A DNA stretch of 64,000 bases from Glaucostegus cemiculus (GCA_976551045.1 CDPCPM010000029.1:11284001-11348000), one strand, 5' to 3'. Shown: positions 11,020 to 24,140, counted from the stretch's first letter. Made by a program: numbers and translations. The notes: generated by a model not told the origin, from the letters alone.

Positions 11020-12290
11020 ATGAAAATCAGATAACGCTGCTGCTGGAAGTCTGACATAAAGAAGAACATGCTGGAAACACTCAGCAGGTCAGGCAGCAAC
11101 TATGGAAAGAAAAATGGGGTTAATATTTTAGGTCAAAGAACGAGGAAAGAGAAAACAAGTTGGTTTTAAGTTGCTGAGAAGATAGGAGAGGGATCGATAG
11201 GACAAGGGAATATCTCTGACTTGGTGGACCCAGGGTTGCCATGAGGATTAGGACATCCAGTTGATGGGTTGATTGCTTAAAAAGTTAGAAAAAGAACCAT
11301 ATTAATAAAATGAGAAGAAGTTGTAAAGCAATGTCAGTTACTGAATGACAAAGAACAGCTGGAAATGCAGCGCTGTAGGATTATGCCCAGCATGCCAGGC
11401 TGTGCTAATGGAGGAAGGAATACTGAGCCAATATCATGGTTGGTTGATTTACAGCAGGAATAGCCAGTTCTACACAGAAAATGAGTTAGATGAACTTGTA
11501 CAACTTATCCAGAAGGCTGCAATAGATTGAAGGTGGCAATGCTACTCTGCAAGCTTGCATTGGGCCTTGACAGAACAGCACAGGAGGCCAAATACAGACA
11601 GGTCAGAGCAGGAATAGGATGGAGAACTAAAGTGGCGGGCAACAGCAAGCTCTGAGTCGCCCCTGCAGACTGTACACAGGTACTCTGCAGAGCCGTCATC
11701 CAATTGGAATCTGGGTTCTCTAATGTAAAGGAGACCAAATTGTGGATGCCAAATATAGTGCATTAGATTGAAAGATGTGTAAGTGAATCACTGCTTCTCT
11801 TCAGTCTCTGGATGGTAGGAAGAGACAAGGTATACAGACAGGTATCGCACCTCCTGCATGGGAAAGTGCCATAAGATGGGGAATAGTTGGAGGGGAGGGG
11901 AGGGGGGGCCAGAAGAGTGGACAAGAGAGTCGGAAAGGGAACAATCCCTTTAAAATGCTGAAAGGAGTGAGGAAGGTATGTCTAGAGATGGAATCCAGTT
12001 GAAGGTGGCAGAAGTTGTGAAGGATGAACATGGAGGTTGTTGGATAAAAGCTGATAACTAGGGGAATTCTATCCTTGTCCTGTCCAGGAGGAAAGGGGGT
12101 GAAAGCAGTGGTGTGGGAAATAGATGAGGTGCAGTCAACAGCTCTGTCAACTATGACATCTACAACTTGACCCCACAGCAACTCTGGCCTCACCCTATCG
12201 GAGACGTTCCCTTTCCTCCTCCACATTCTCTGCAATTTAAAACTAACTTCTTTTCTCTCATTTCCTGACCTAAAATGCTCAACACTGCTA
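11020..12290 (-). mobile_element. Penelope-like retroelement remnant: GIY-YIG endonuclease with inverted pseudo-LTR ends
   Basis: FGLLYIREPRFQLDDGSAEYLCTVCRGDSELAVARHFSSPSYSCSDLSVFGLL..AQCKL (11542-11763), LQPSG, and QDKDRIPLVISFYPT..ILHNFCHLQ. Segments 11120-11240 and 12170-12280 are mutually inverted. Confidence 0.85.
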
Positions 12291-12620
12291 AGGCACCACA
12301 CCTAGGCTGACAAGCTCTTTCAGGATTTGAAAGTTTTGACAAGAACCCCTCTCATTCTTCTGAATCATACTCAGTACAGTCCCACTCAATCTTTCCTCCT
12401 GCAGCAAACTTGCCAAACCTGAAAAGATCTGGTGAACCTTTGCTGCACTCTGTCTTTGGCAAATATCTTTCCTAGGTAAGGAAATCAAAGTAGTACTCCA
12501 GGTGTGGTCTCACCAAGGCTACATACAATTGCAATAAAGCTTCTTTACTCCTGTATTTAAATTCCTTCTTAATGAAGGCCAATGTACCATTTGCCTTTCT
12601 AACCATTTGCTCTACCCACA
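12290..12620 (-). mobile_element. CR1 LINE fragment
   Basis: Reverse complement of the CR1 RT C-terminal region (ttggtgagaccacacctggagtac, as at 23643). Confidence 0.7.
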
Positions 12621-12639
12621 TGTTGTTCTTTGGTCTGCA

Positions 12640-12920
12640 AGGGCTAACCCTGAGCTTCCAATGTTAATTCTCTATCCCAGTGCTTCTCTGACCTCTGTCT
12701 TTGTCCCATGTAAGCTCAAGGAATAGCATGTGATCTTCTGACTAAAGCCTTCTCGATTCACCATCAAATTCAACAGTTTCAAATAACAGCCTTTTCTGGT
12801 TGCTTCAGAACTGAGTGGCTCAGATAAAAGGTCATCAGCTTGTAACTTTAACTCAGTTTTTCTCTCTCCACAGATACTACCTGAACTGCTGAATATTTAC
12901 TGCATTTTCTGTGTTTATAC
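12640..12920 (+). mobile_element. Penelope-derived terminal fragment
   Basis: ctctctccacagatactacctgaactgctgaatatttactgcattttctg matches the right arm of the palindromic family. Confidence 0.5.
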
Positions 12921-13320
12921 ATGACATGAACATTGGCTTTCTGTAAATTCCTAATAATGAACTCAAAGGGGAACTAGTAGGCTATAATATCTGTTGTTCT
13001 AATAATGTGTCTCTACTTGGATTAGAATCATCACACATTTTTACATAAGGCCAGAAAAGATAACTACAAAATGCTATTAATTTTCATCTTTCATCATTTC
13101 AGCTCCAAATTCTTTCATGTATAATTCTAGGTCCATGCAATTAATAAAACAAAGCCTGTAAATTACTGGTTCTGCTTCAAAGATTTCATTTCTTGCTCTT
13201 GCACATATTTTGAGAGTTTGCTCATCTTTATGCAAAATTGCTTCTTTCCCATTCACCATCCCCACAGGAAAACAATGCAATCTGCCTGCAGGAAAATGAT
13301 TTAAACACCCCATGCACCTA

Positions 13321-13347
13321 CCCCCCCCCCCCCCACACCCCCACCCC
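13321..13347. repeat. Poly-C / C-rich run (G-rich on minus strand)
   Basis: C14 followed by acacccccacccc. Confidence 0.9.
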
Positions 13348-14149
13348 TGTCCCCTGACTTTCTCCCAGTGAAATGCTACATAGTGAACTAAATGGTGGCA
13401 GAAATAATTAATTTTCTGAGTGCAATATTCATCCTCATCGATTCAGACTTACTTATCTTGGCTTTCATTTTCTTCCACTTTCTCTACAGCTATATACTGA
13501 CGAAACTGGTTTCTCCAAAACCAACCCTCTCCAAAACTCAAGTACCATCTTTACCCAAAATCAATTTTTTCTTTCATTGTACAAATTCCAAAAATAATAA
13601 ATATCTTTTTCAGTGGAAAAACAAATTACAGCTCATATTCTAACAGTGAGGGCGGACACAATTGGGATGCACAAGGGTGTTTAAATGTACTTGGATGTTT
13701 AATAGTCATTTTGATTTCAGGTTTCATGCCTTCAAAGTGCATCATGTAAACATGATTTCCCTTAGCGGCCCAGTTCAGGGATGAAATGAGGGAAATGATG
13801 AGGACCAATTTTTGGGGGGGGTGGGCAGTGGGTGCAGGGAGGCAGGGTTGGAATCCCAAGAAACTGCTGAGATTTCTGTTAAAGGACATAGCTCAAGATC
13901 TCAGTGGGATATCAAGTTTTCTTAACATTGTTGATGGTAAGGTTAACTGTCCAGCAGAGATTATATGTTTATATCCACATCTCTGAAAAATAAACTTCTA
14001 TTTCGATGGACATGAGGATATTTGTGACTTTTATGAAATGTCTCATTTGCAAGTCAACATTTCTGAAGTTTTATTACTTTCTATTTTCCCTTTCTTTGCT
14101 TAAGGTCAAAACACAAAGAGCAAGGATACCTAATGGGAGAACTCACATC

Positions 14150-14700
14150 CCATCAGAGGAGGTAATTCAATCTAAAAGTGTATCATCATATGACAAAAGT
14201 GTTGCTGGCACCAGGGAAGACAGCAGCATCTTGATCTGTCCACAAAGAATTTAGGTGGACTGCGATCTCATGGTACCAGTGAGTAAAATTAGAAAATGGT
14301 GAAAGGGACAAGTAATGGGATTGCATGCCAAAGCATTCTGCTGTCTCCATGGACTGATGATTAATACAGAAACACCTCCCTATGGCCAGTGCTTGAATTG
14401 AGAATGCTAGATGCAGAGCAGCAAATAGCTAAGATCTTGCCAAACCTACCAGGTACAGAGGGAAAGAGGATGTTAGAGTCTGACTTGAATATATGTGAGG
14501 TAATAACACAAAGCATTTTAAATCCACAAGTAATCACCTTTATATAAACTGTATGAGTCAAGGTTATCAGCTGCCAATTCCAATATGCAGTTTCAGAAGG
14601 CAAGTGTGCAGACTGTGGCAACAGACATCTCGACTGGTAATGACAGGTCACACAGAGACTGGATCTGGGTTTTAAAGGTGGCACTAATATCTGCCATTGA
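14150..14700 (-). pseudogene. Possible Harbinger transposase remnant (weak)
   Basis: Fragmentary minus-strand peptides SLPVEMSVAT, REVFLY, HGDSRML and VDRS..LPW in Harbinger order; heavily eroded. Confidence 0.3.
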
Positions 14701-15099
14701 CTGGCAGGACTGATGTGCCACAGAGAGAGAGAAACAAAGGTTGGTGCCCAACCCACTGAGTGCTTCCAAATGTTTTTGTTTTTAATTCAGATTTTCGGTG
14801 TCTGCCCTTTTTTTATTTTTTGGCCAATGTGCCAGGGCCCATGGATGGGAGGAATGAGTGAAGCAAGCATGAATGTTTATCACAACATCTGTATACCTTA
14901 TTCATTGTCATCCAGTTGATCAATATTCATGACAGTAGACTCAGATTTCCCATCCACAAGTACAGCACAAGCAATCTAAGTCGGGGCTACTAGGGCTCCA
15001 AAGCACAGAGGTTATCAGTTGAGAGAAATTCAGAAGCCTGTGAGAGCTCCATGGCAGTCCTCCCCCATCTCTGCTGAAACCACTGGGGTAGTGCTCTTT

Positions 15100-15447
15100 A
15101 GATACAGGAAAAGAGAGAATATATTGACAGTCAGAGACTTTTCCCAAAGTGAAAATGGCTAACATGAGGGGGTATAACTTTAAGGTGATTGGAGGGAGGT
15201 ATAAGGGGAACGTCAGAGGTACATTTTTTACTCAGAGCGGTGGGTGCGTGGAATGCACTGCCAGTGGGGGTTGTGGGGCAGATACATTAGGGACATTTAA
15301 GAGACACTTAGAGAGCCATATGAATGATAGAGAAATGGAGGGGTATGTGAGAGGGAAGGGTTAGATCAATCTTAGAGCAGGATAAAACGTCAGCACGACA
15401 TCATGGGCTGAAGGGCCAGTACTGTGCCAACAGTACTGTTCTATGTA
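15100..15447 (+). mobile_element. CR1 LINE 3' end
   Basis: NMRGYNFKVIGGRYKGNVRGTFFTQ..ADTLGTFKRHL, followed by the gggctgaagggcc tail. Confidence 0.9.
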
Positions 15448-15559
15448 AATCAGAACATTAACACATGATTGTCACATTCAGTTTTTTTAATGTGATTACT
15501 TTGATCAGTATTAAACATTATTTATTCATACCTTTTCCAGTCTATTAATTGATTGCAGA

Positions 15560-16450
15560 CAGTGTGGGAAGGAAGATGATGATTTGAATCTTGGAAATTT
15601 AGGGATGTTGGACAGTGGACCAAGAATTGCATGATTGTTGGTATGAAGGGGTTATGATTGCAGGGAGACCATGAAGCAATTGACATTGGACTAACTGAAT
15701 CGTTGTGCTATTAAAACATCCCATCATGGTTAGCAATGGGCTTGTAATATCCCCACCTGTATAAGTCCCCATCATCTCCACTGTTTTCCTAATTTTATGG
15801 GAAGTGATGCTAACCCTTCAGTGTTTTTATCTGCACCATGTTGTTTAGTACTCAGCATGTCCACAGTGAATATTGTAGACAAAATTAAAGGGACCCTAAT
15901 ATCAGCAATATGTCTTTCTTGATAATGCATTTCCTGATGATGGGCTTGGCAAAGAAGCTCTTTTGTAGTGGAATGGAGAGCTTTCTCAGACAAGTGATGA
16001 ACAGTGATTGAAGAAATTATCCCATTGCCCCCATCCAATTAGTCTAGTTGCAGGTAGTGTGAGAATTTATGATTGCCATACTATTAAGTTGCCAAGGTAA
16101 TTCTTAAGGAATCACATGTGTACCTGTTTGGATCATGTTTCAATGGATGGACTTGGGTTGAACTTAAATGCTTCTGGCTGGTTGGGAATGCTCTCATTGC
16201 CACAAGTGTACAGTCTATGCAATCCAGCACACATCTGTCCAGGATGCAAACTGAAATGTTTGCCCTCTCTTCATCACACAGAAAAATTGGTTGTGGGAAA
16301 TGCCCCATGCATCATCTGTTTGAAGCATTGGTAAATTGCCAATTGAATATGTCTCCAGTTGCTGCCTGGTAGGAGCTGGTAAGAAAAAAAATTCATGGCA
16401 GAAGTTTATTTACCAGTTGCCAGTACAGAAGATTTATGAGGTCCTGATGA
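15560..16450 (-). pseudogene. Harbinger (PIF/HARBI1-like, DDE_Tnp_4) transposase remnant
   Basis: TSAMNFF/TSSYQAATGDI (1-nt slip in a T run) resembles ALNFFASGSFQ..GD; CVLDCIDCTLVAMRAFP resembles VLGAIDCTHVAIRAP; TCDS resembles the VCD motif. Confidence 0.7.
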
Positions 16451-16689
16451 CGGAGGGAACTGCAGAAGTCAGTAACCATCTACTGTGCTACGAAGCCTCT
16501 TTAAACATTGGCCCTCCAAGCAGTTGATGAAACGTTGCAGGTATAAAAGATTAGATTAGATTAGATGAGAATGCCCTTATGTAAGCTTGAGTTCTATGTC
16601 ACTATTTTCTCTAATACTCTCCTACTTCCAATCTCTGCTTAAGGTCGTTACTGGTCCTCAATAACAACAGCTTCATAGGAGCTATTCAT

Positions 16690-17120
16690 ATAGAAACTTC
16701 AATAAAGTAAAACATAGCAAGAGGTTTCACAGAACCATAAGCAAATAAAATCTGAAACTGATCTGCAAAGGAGAAATGAGAATATGACCAAGAGTTTGGT
16801 CAAAGGGGCAGGCTTTGAAGTTTCTTAAAAGGAGGAAAGAGCAGTAAAGGGTCAGAGAGATTTAAGGAGTGAATTCCGACACTTCGAGCCATGGCCATAG
16901 AAGGCACTGTTGCCTGTGGTGAAGCTATTAAAATCAGGGATCCTTAAGAGACCAGAAATGGATAAGTATTGCTATTATGGAGGGTGTAGTGCTGAAAGAG
17001 ATTCGAGTGATATGGAGATGCTAGGCAATGAGGAAAATGAAAACAAGGACAAGAATTCTAAATCAAGCCTTGCCTAACAGGAGCCATTGATGGACAAGGA
17101 ACATATAGATGATGGATGCT
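16690..17120 (-). mobile_element. L2-like LINE 3' fragment
   Basis: ttggtcaaaggggcaggctttgaag..cttaaaaggaggaaagag..gagagatttaaggagtgaattcc resembles the reverse of an L2 3' end. A short related piece lies near 19905-20000. Confidence 0.55.
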
Positions 17121-17319
17121 TGGTATGTTTAACTTATTTTCTACATTTATGGGATCATGACTTCTGATGACAATTTAAATGCAGTGTAATTTCCTTTTTG
17201 TACTTATACAGGAGCTCCAGAAACACTCCGTTTTTTTGTTAATAGCATTTGCCTGAAGTATCCACCAGGGTTCCTTTGGTTGTATTCTTGTCTCTTAATT
17301 TAAAACTTGAGGTCATGTC

Positions 17320-17700
17320 TCACTCCAGAGACTTCAGCACAAAATTATAGTCTAGTATTTTACTGCAGTATTGAGGGAATGCTGCTTTGTTGGAGATGCT
17401 ATCTTTCAAAGAATGTATTAAAGTGAGGCTCAATCTGCTCTTTCAGATAAATGTAAAAAAATTCCATAGCACCAGAGTAATGTCCAATGTCTTTGTAACT
17501 TTTTAAACCTTAACTTATGACTAAAAACACAAATTATATGATTAATATAATGCTGTTTGAGGGAGCTAACTTGTGCATAAAGTGATTGCTATTTTTTCAT
17601 TATTTCCATGGGTACATTTCCTGGATATTTAACTGCCTGTTAAGAGCTTTGAGATATCCTGAGATCCAGTGAGGTGCTATATAAATGCTCATCTTTCTTT
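17320..17700 (+). mobile_element. Deu-domain SINE, degraded
   Basis: cactccagagacttcagcac..tgcagtattgagggaatgctgc..ctcttttcagataaatgtaaaa..tgaggtgctatataaatgc; same family as 3233. Confidence 0.7.
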
Positions 17701-18536
17701 TAAGAAGGCTGATGTGATTGACAAATAGCAGTTTCCTCAATGTTCATGTCACTACTTACTGCTAGTATTAGTACTAGTATTTGCACAGCAGCAATCACTT
17801 TCAAAATTGTCACATTTACTTTCACAACCCACATTCAGTTTAGGATTTTTTCTTCATCTCATATAATGCTCTCAGGGAAATAGCTGTACCTTTAGCAAAA
17901 GGATAGCTTTTTCAAACTTAAAACTATAATAACATTGCAGGAAATAGATTCTGAAGTGTTTTTTTATTGAAATATTAACTAATCTCTACTCGTGATCAAT
18001 GTATTGACTTACTAACAGATCTCCTTGATGTTGCATAGAGCATACTGTGATGCAAAGCATGGTTGCAAATTTAGCATGGTCCCATTCTAAGCCAAGGGAA
18101 GGGGCATAATGACAAGTCAGGGAAATGGGCCAGTGCGAGATAGCCTGGGATCAGAGTACCAGTAACAATTGTATTCCCAACCAAACGCCATGCCAAAATA
18201 ATGATAATACTACTCAGGGTTTCAGTCCAGTACTGTACCCAAGTGTGTTTGAGAGCATTAAAGTGTGGGAACCTTAAAATGCCATCTGGAAATTGTTACC
18301 ATATTATTTCCAGGCCTCTAGCTGAGAAAGCCAGGAAGTTTAGATATGTCCTTTCACCACATGCTCCTACAAAAACCACTGCCTCCATTTCCCCCTTTCC
18401 CAGATCACAGCCTGAAGCACATTCCCAGTTAACATAAGCTTCTGTCTCAGCCTATAAATTTTGACAAGGTCAAATGCCGTCAATTCCATATTGTTGATAA
18501 TCATTCACGTTCTCATCCAGTGTAATTGATCTTCCA

Positions 18537-18828
18537 GCTAAAAACACGATGATACTGGAGGAACTCAGCAGGCCAGACAGCATCCATGGAGAAAAACAGG
18601 CAGTTAACACTTCAGATCAGGATCCTTCTTCAGGACTGAAGATAGGGAAAGGGGAAACCCAATATATAGGGGGGGAAAGAGCAGAGCAGTGATCACTGCT
18701 CTGAAGGGTAATGACCCAAAACATTGACCACCTGCTTTTCTTCACAGATGCTGCCTGGCCTGCTGAGTTCCTCCAGCATCGTAACATTTCTCATCTAGAT
18801 TCCAGCATCTGCAGTCCTTTGTTTCTCC
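18537..18828. mobile_element. Palindromic Penelope-derived element with central perfect palindrome
   Basis: Arms ctggaggaactcagcaggccag / ctggcctgctgagttcctccag; 22-bp palindrome at 18682-18703. Confidence 0.8.
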
Positions 18829-19341
18829 GATCTTCCACTCACCAGTTTTCTTACAAGACAAGATATCTGCATAATTTCAAGACAGACATAGCTATTCATC
18901 TGCTGATTCACTGTTTCCAACCTGGGGATATTAATGGTCAAGTGTATGCATTATCAGATCACCCATAAAGCACACATCAGATGTAAACTGATGCCACTGT
19001 ACTTAGCCTTAGGTCAACCTGCATTTAATGATTTGGAAATTTTCCCAGAACGAGTACACAATAGCACAAGGTATTCCACATACTGGATGATTCCCTCCTT
19101 GAGAAGTGGTCAATCATGAGTTTTGGAAAACACTATGTGGAAACTGATGAGATACATTTGCTTAAAGACAAAATCAGAAAAGTGGAAATTAGATAAGACT
19201 GCATTCAAAATGAGCAAAATGCTGTTATTTGCCAGTGTAAGCCAATCATTTGCAGGTACATTTATCATTATCTACTAAGACTGGTGTGCAGGAGGATAGA
19301 CATAATTTGTACAAACCAATTGCTGGCAAAATGTGGGAAAG

Positions 19342-19734
19342 TGTCACAATGTTGATTGAAGAGCAAGCTCACAGAGGACTGGTACAGGACTGGAGTCAAG
19401 ATACTTCCTCAGGACCAAACACAGGCAACTCTGGAAGGAAATCTTGCCTCAGAGATCTGAGTAGTAATCCCAACACAAACTGAATCTTCAAGCAGGACTA
19501 GAGAACGCAGAACTGCTCTAGAGTAGACCACTCTAAGCAGCTAGGAGCCAAAGTATACCTGAAGGTTGACCAATCCTCTGGCAACTAGAGCTAGAGAAAC
19601 CCAGGTACTTATGCTAGGCCCTTGATGGGGCTCAGGTGTGTGTTATTATGCAATCAGTCCAGCATGGAATCCATGTGCTGTACGACGAGGCATCCAAGGA
19701 ACCAAATCAAGGGCCAGTACTCAGAATCATGACA
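19342..19734 (-). mobile_element. Solo LTR (Gypsy-like)
   Basis: Termini TGTCACA...CATGACA, flanked by ggaaag/ggaaag (19336-41, 19735-40). Reverse-complement homolog of 31600-32007. Confidence 0.85.
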
Positions 19735-21664
19735 GGAAAGTATTGATTCAAATAAAGTAATTCCTATTTTTCACAAACTGACAGTCTTAAAGCATTTTTA
19801 GATTTAGTTTGATAATCCTTCTTGCCATATTTTACCTTGTTACTGTACCAGAAAATGCACGCAGCCTACTGATTAATGTCTGATGAATAATTGAACCAAG
19901 CTAAAAAAAATGGTAAAGTTGAGTTTTAAGGAGGATCTTGGAGGAGGAGAGGGAGGGGCACTTGAAGACATGTCACCACTGGTAGAGCAGTGAGGCCAGT
20001 GTTTAAAAAAAAATCAAGTCCACTTTGACTGTGCACTGAGCCTTAGGGCTTTGCTTTAGTCATAATGGATATAAGTAGTAAATTAACCTAAGATCCATCA
20101 TATCCTCTTAATTATATTACTTGTTCATTTTCACCTGACCATCGAACTACATTCCAAAGCATTGAATGTGTGTTCCACTGAGATGATAGTCTGAAAACTA
20201 TTCAAGATGCTGAAAAGGCAAACTTGGTTGTGGGCAGCAATTTAAAATTCTCATTGATATCCTTTTGATTAAGAAGAATGCCATACATCTTTTTGACATG
20301 CAGCTCATTAGAGTTCACAAACTAGCTAGTAGGAGTTTGTTATTTTCAGTTTTAAATCCTTAAAATTAACTGTCTTCATCCATATTTGGTTGACTGATTT
20401 TGATTATTAGCTTTGAAGTAGTCTTCCTCCAGTTAATTGATTATGTCTTGTAGCTGTGGAAGTGGTAATAACTTATTCCAGACTCTGACAGATGTTCATG
20501 CAATGAGGCTTTCTGAATCCATTCATTTATTAAAAGAAACCAAGCAATGTTGCCTGGCCTTATCATTTCTGGCTTGATATTACTCATTCTTTAAATCACC
20601 AAGGACCATGAAACTACCAAGATTAAGATATATTAAAACCATCACTTACAGTGTACAGAGGTGTGTTTCTGGAAGAAAAACAATCAGTCCTCTTCATTCT
20701 GTTCAAAAAGATGTTAAAGGTGCATCATGGTAGATTGACAAGAGGGGTAATGTAGGCTCTGGATTTTATTGCTGAAGATATTAATCATACTGCTGAATGA
20801 ATAACTCTAAATTGCATGTCTTTCTAATTAAGTTATCCCCATCCAATAGTTGTTCAAGGCTATGTGGGGTTGCTCTGGTCAAGGTCAAGTGTATTCATTG
20901 TGGAAGGTGACTTTGAATGCAAGAAGGCTTATTTATAAATCTTGGTTTCAACAATGTACTCAAGCTGCTGAAGACTGGGAATTGCGAGGCACTGATGATT
21001 TAAAGGGAGCAGTGACAATGGAGATGAGTGGAGAGGTGAGCAGAACAGTGTGGTGTGTGTCAAGTGATGGGAGATCAAGGAGTGGGGTCGAGAGTGTGGT
21101 ATGTGTCTGTAGGATGCTGGGATGGTGTGGTGAGTGTGGATGAGTCCGGAGAGGGAGAAAGGGAGAATGGTGGAAAGGGGAAGAGTTAGTGAAGTGTGAG
21201 GGGGTGAGGATTAAATATTGCACTAAGTATCTTCAAGATGTGAAATTTTCTTTCATTCACAGCCCTTCTTTTTGATTTCAGTATATTGGGATGCTGACTG
21301 GTTAAATCAACTGACAAATACGTAAGCATTTGCACCAAAACATGTCCCACTCCATACAGTTATGTTTGCTAGAATTAATTTAATCAACCTTGAATGACCT
21401 GAACTCCACAGAACAAGTGTGAAAAATAAATTGCCAGCTCTGCTGGATGTGACAGCACTAAGTCTATAGCAGTGGCTTTGCCTTCTCTACCCCCTGTGGT
21501 CTTTTGAATCAGATTTGCTTCATTACCATATTTTAGTATTCAGCAATTTCTTTAAAGTTGGATGAAGGTTTTTTTTATGATTTCAGTCTTTGCATTGTTC
21601 CATGATCAGTGCAAAAGATTCAAACAGGAGAAATGGCTGTATCTGCATATTGTTTGCGTGTCAC

Positions 21665-21990
21665 AGGTATCGATCAGTTATAAAGCGGCATCGTTCAGTG
21701 TGGCTGGCAAAGACTACAAGAACCAGGAGGACATGCTGAAACAACTAATTGTCCTCAAAGAGGTGGAGACCTCCCAAAGTCAAGGAAGGAGACGTGTACC
21801 ATTGGATACACCTACACAAAGAGAAATCGGGATAGATAAACTGGGCTTTCAGTTGGAAGCCAATGAAAGGCCAAAACCCCAGAAACTATCTGGAATGGAG
21901 TTCCTGCAAATTTCAAAAATGGGCCATCCTTGCTTGTCAAGGCTCGGGCATCAAAGAATTCCATTGGAATAAAGTATCAAACTCTATTGC
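21665..21990 (+). mobile_element. RTE-clade LINE C-terminal remnant (tentative)
   Basis: MLKQLIVLKEVETSQSQGRRR..LD..EIGI..EANERPKPQKL..GHPCLSRLG resembles the RTE C-terminus (PKQLL.GEL..R..GRP.KRW.D..A.DR.KWR..C.SRIG). Confidence 0.45.
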
Positions 21991-22164
21991 TCTAATACAA
22001 CAACCAATGGAAGGCACATCAAGTCAACAATGCCCTTCTATTTAAATGTAACCTCTACCCAACAAGGTGCACTCGAAGCATGCTGTTCCCATTATTCTAG
22101 TCCTCCATATGGTTGAGGGCATTAGTATGGGAGCATCTAACACCTGCCAGCAATGTTGAGAGTA

Positions 22165-22465
22165 GAGAGATTGCATCCATCATTAAACACCCTCACCATA
22201 CGGGACATGCCCTCTTCATGTTACTACCATCGAGGAGGAGTTACAGGAGCCTGAAGACCCACACTCAATGTTTCAGAAACAGCTTCTTTCCCTCCTCCAT
22301 CATATTTCTGAACAGTCCATGAACACTACCTCATTATTCCTCTTTTGCAGTATTTATTTACTTTTGTAACATAGTAATTTTTACGTACTGTACTGCTGCC
22401 GCAAAACAACACATTTCACAACGTATGTCAGTGATAATAAAACTGATTTTGATTCTGATCCTGAT
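22165..22465 (+). mobile_element. Rex1/Babar-like LINE 3' end
   Basis: ASIIKHPHHTGHALFMLLPSRRSYRSLKTHTQCFRNSFFPSSIIFLN, followed by the tail gtgataataaaactgattttgattctgat. Confidence 0.85.
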
Positions 22466-22559
22466 TCAGTGAGTAGCATTTTGCAGTGAAAATATAGCTT
22501 TGTGAAGACTACAAGAAATAGGTGAGTGAAGTCACGTGCAAGTCCCCAACAATCAGAAA

Positions 22560-24140
22560 TGGGAAGATTCATAAGGGGCAATGACAGAGCTAGTAAGCAA
22601 ATACTTTGCTTCTACCTTTCCAGAAATATTATGGAACCAAGAATCTACTGAAGATGAGGAAGAAAGAGACATTAGTCTTAATAAGAAAATACCTCTGGAG
22701 AAACTAATTGCACTGAAAAAATGGTATGAAGGAATCTGGTATGAAGGAAACACTGGAAATAGTGAATGAATTGGTTTTGTTTTCCAGAATTCTATAGATT
22801 GTGGAATAGCTGTTGCATATTGGAGGGTGGCAGATTTTTGCCACTATTTGAAAAACAAGAGAGAGGAAACAGGAAGCTACAGCCTGATAGCCCAACACCA
22901 GTCATGGGGGAAAATGCTCAAGGTTATTATAAAGTTAACAGGGCACTTGGAAATATAGATGGGATTAGACAAAGTCAACATGACAAGCCTGCTTGAGTTT
23001 TCTTTAAGCATGTAATGGATAGAATAGATAAGGGAAAAACCAGTGGATGTGGTTGCACAGGATTTTCTGAAAGATTTTCTGAAAAATCCCACATAAAAGG
23101 TTATGTGTAAAACTAAAGCACAAGGTATCAGCGGAAGTGTGTTGGCATGAATTGAAAACTGGCTGACAGGAAGTAAACAGTGTGTAGAAGCAAATGGTTC
23201 TTTTTCAGGGTGGCAGGCAGTGACTACAGGGCTGGCAGAGTGCTTGGGCTTCAGCTATTCATAACATATATCAATGATTTGGATGAGGAACAGAATGTAA
23301 CATTTTTAAATTTGCTGACACTAAACTGGGTGGGATTGTGAATTGTGAAGAGGATGCAAACAGGCTTTGAGGTGACTTGGATTGAACAGGTGGACAAAAA
23401 CATGACAGATGCAGTATAATGTGGATATACGTGGAGCTATCCACTTTGATAGGAAAAAAAGAAAGGCAGCACATTATTTAAATTGTGTTCGATTGAGAAG
23501 AGTCAAGTGTTTTTGCACACCAGTTCTTGAAAGCAAACATGCAGGTGCAGCAAGCAGTTAAGAAGGTAAATGGCACGTTGACTTTCATGGCAAAAGGATT
23601 CGATTACAGGAACTATGATGATTTCATACAATTATTTGGGCATTGGTGAGACCACACCTGGAGTACTGAGTGCAATTTTGATATTCTTTCCCAAGAAAGG
23701 ATATACTTGCCCCAATGGGAATGCAACAAAAGCTCACCAGACTGATTCCTGGGATAGTGGCACTGCCACATGAGGAGAGGTTAGGTCTGTGGGGATAAAA
23801 GAATGAGAGGGCTCTAAATAGCCTAGATCCATGGACGATGTTTCCTCTAGCAGGAGTGTGCAGAAGGAGGTGTCACAGTATTATATTGCAGGGCAAGAGA
23901 TTTAAAACTGAGATGTGAAGAGATTTCTTCACCCAGAGGGCAGTAAACCTGTAGAATTCACTGCCACAGGGAACTATGCAGGCCAAGTCACTAAATATAC
24001 TTAAGGAGGAAGTAGATACATTTCTTGATGGAAAAGGCACCAAGGGATATGGGGAGAGAGCCCATGGTATTAATCTAGATAATCAGCCATGATTGTATTG
24101 AATGGTATAGCAGGATTAGAAGGCCAACTAGCCTACTTTG
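22560..24140 (+). mobile_element. Decayed CR1 LINE (RT and 3' end)
   Basis: GIRQSQH, KPVDVV, KFADTKLGG and LVRPHLEY motifs across frameshifts. Confidence 0.85.

Noticed and set aside
21562-21972. 136-aa ORF as a coding exon
   Set aside because: Better explained as a decayed RTE-like LINE C-terminus; no recognisable host protein.
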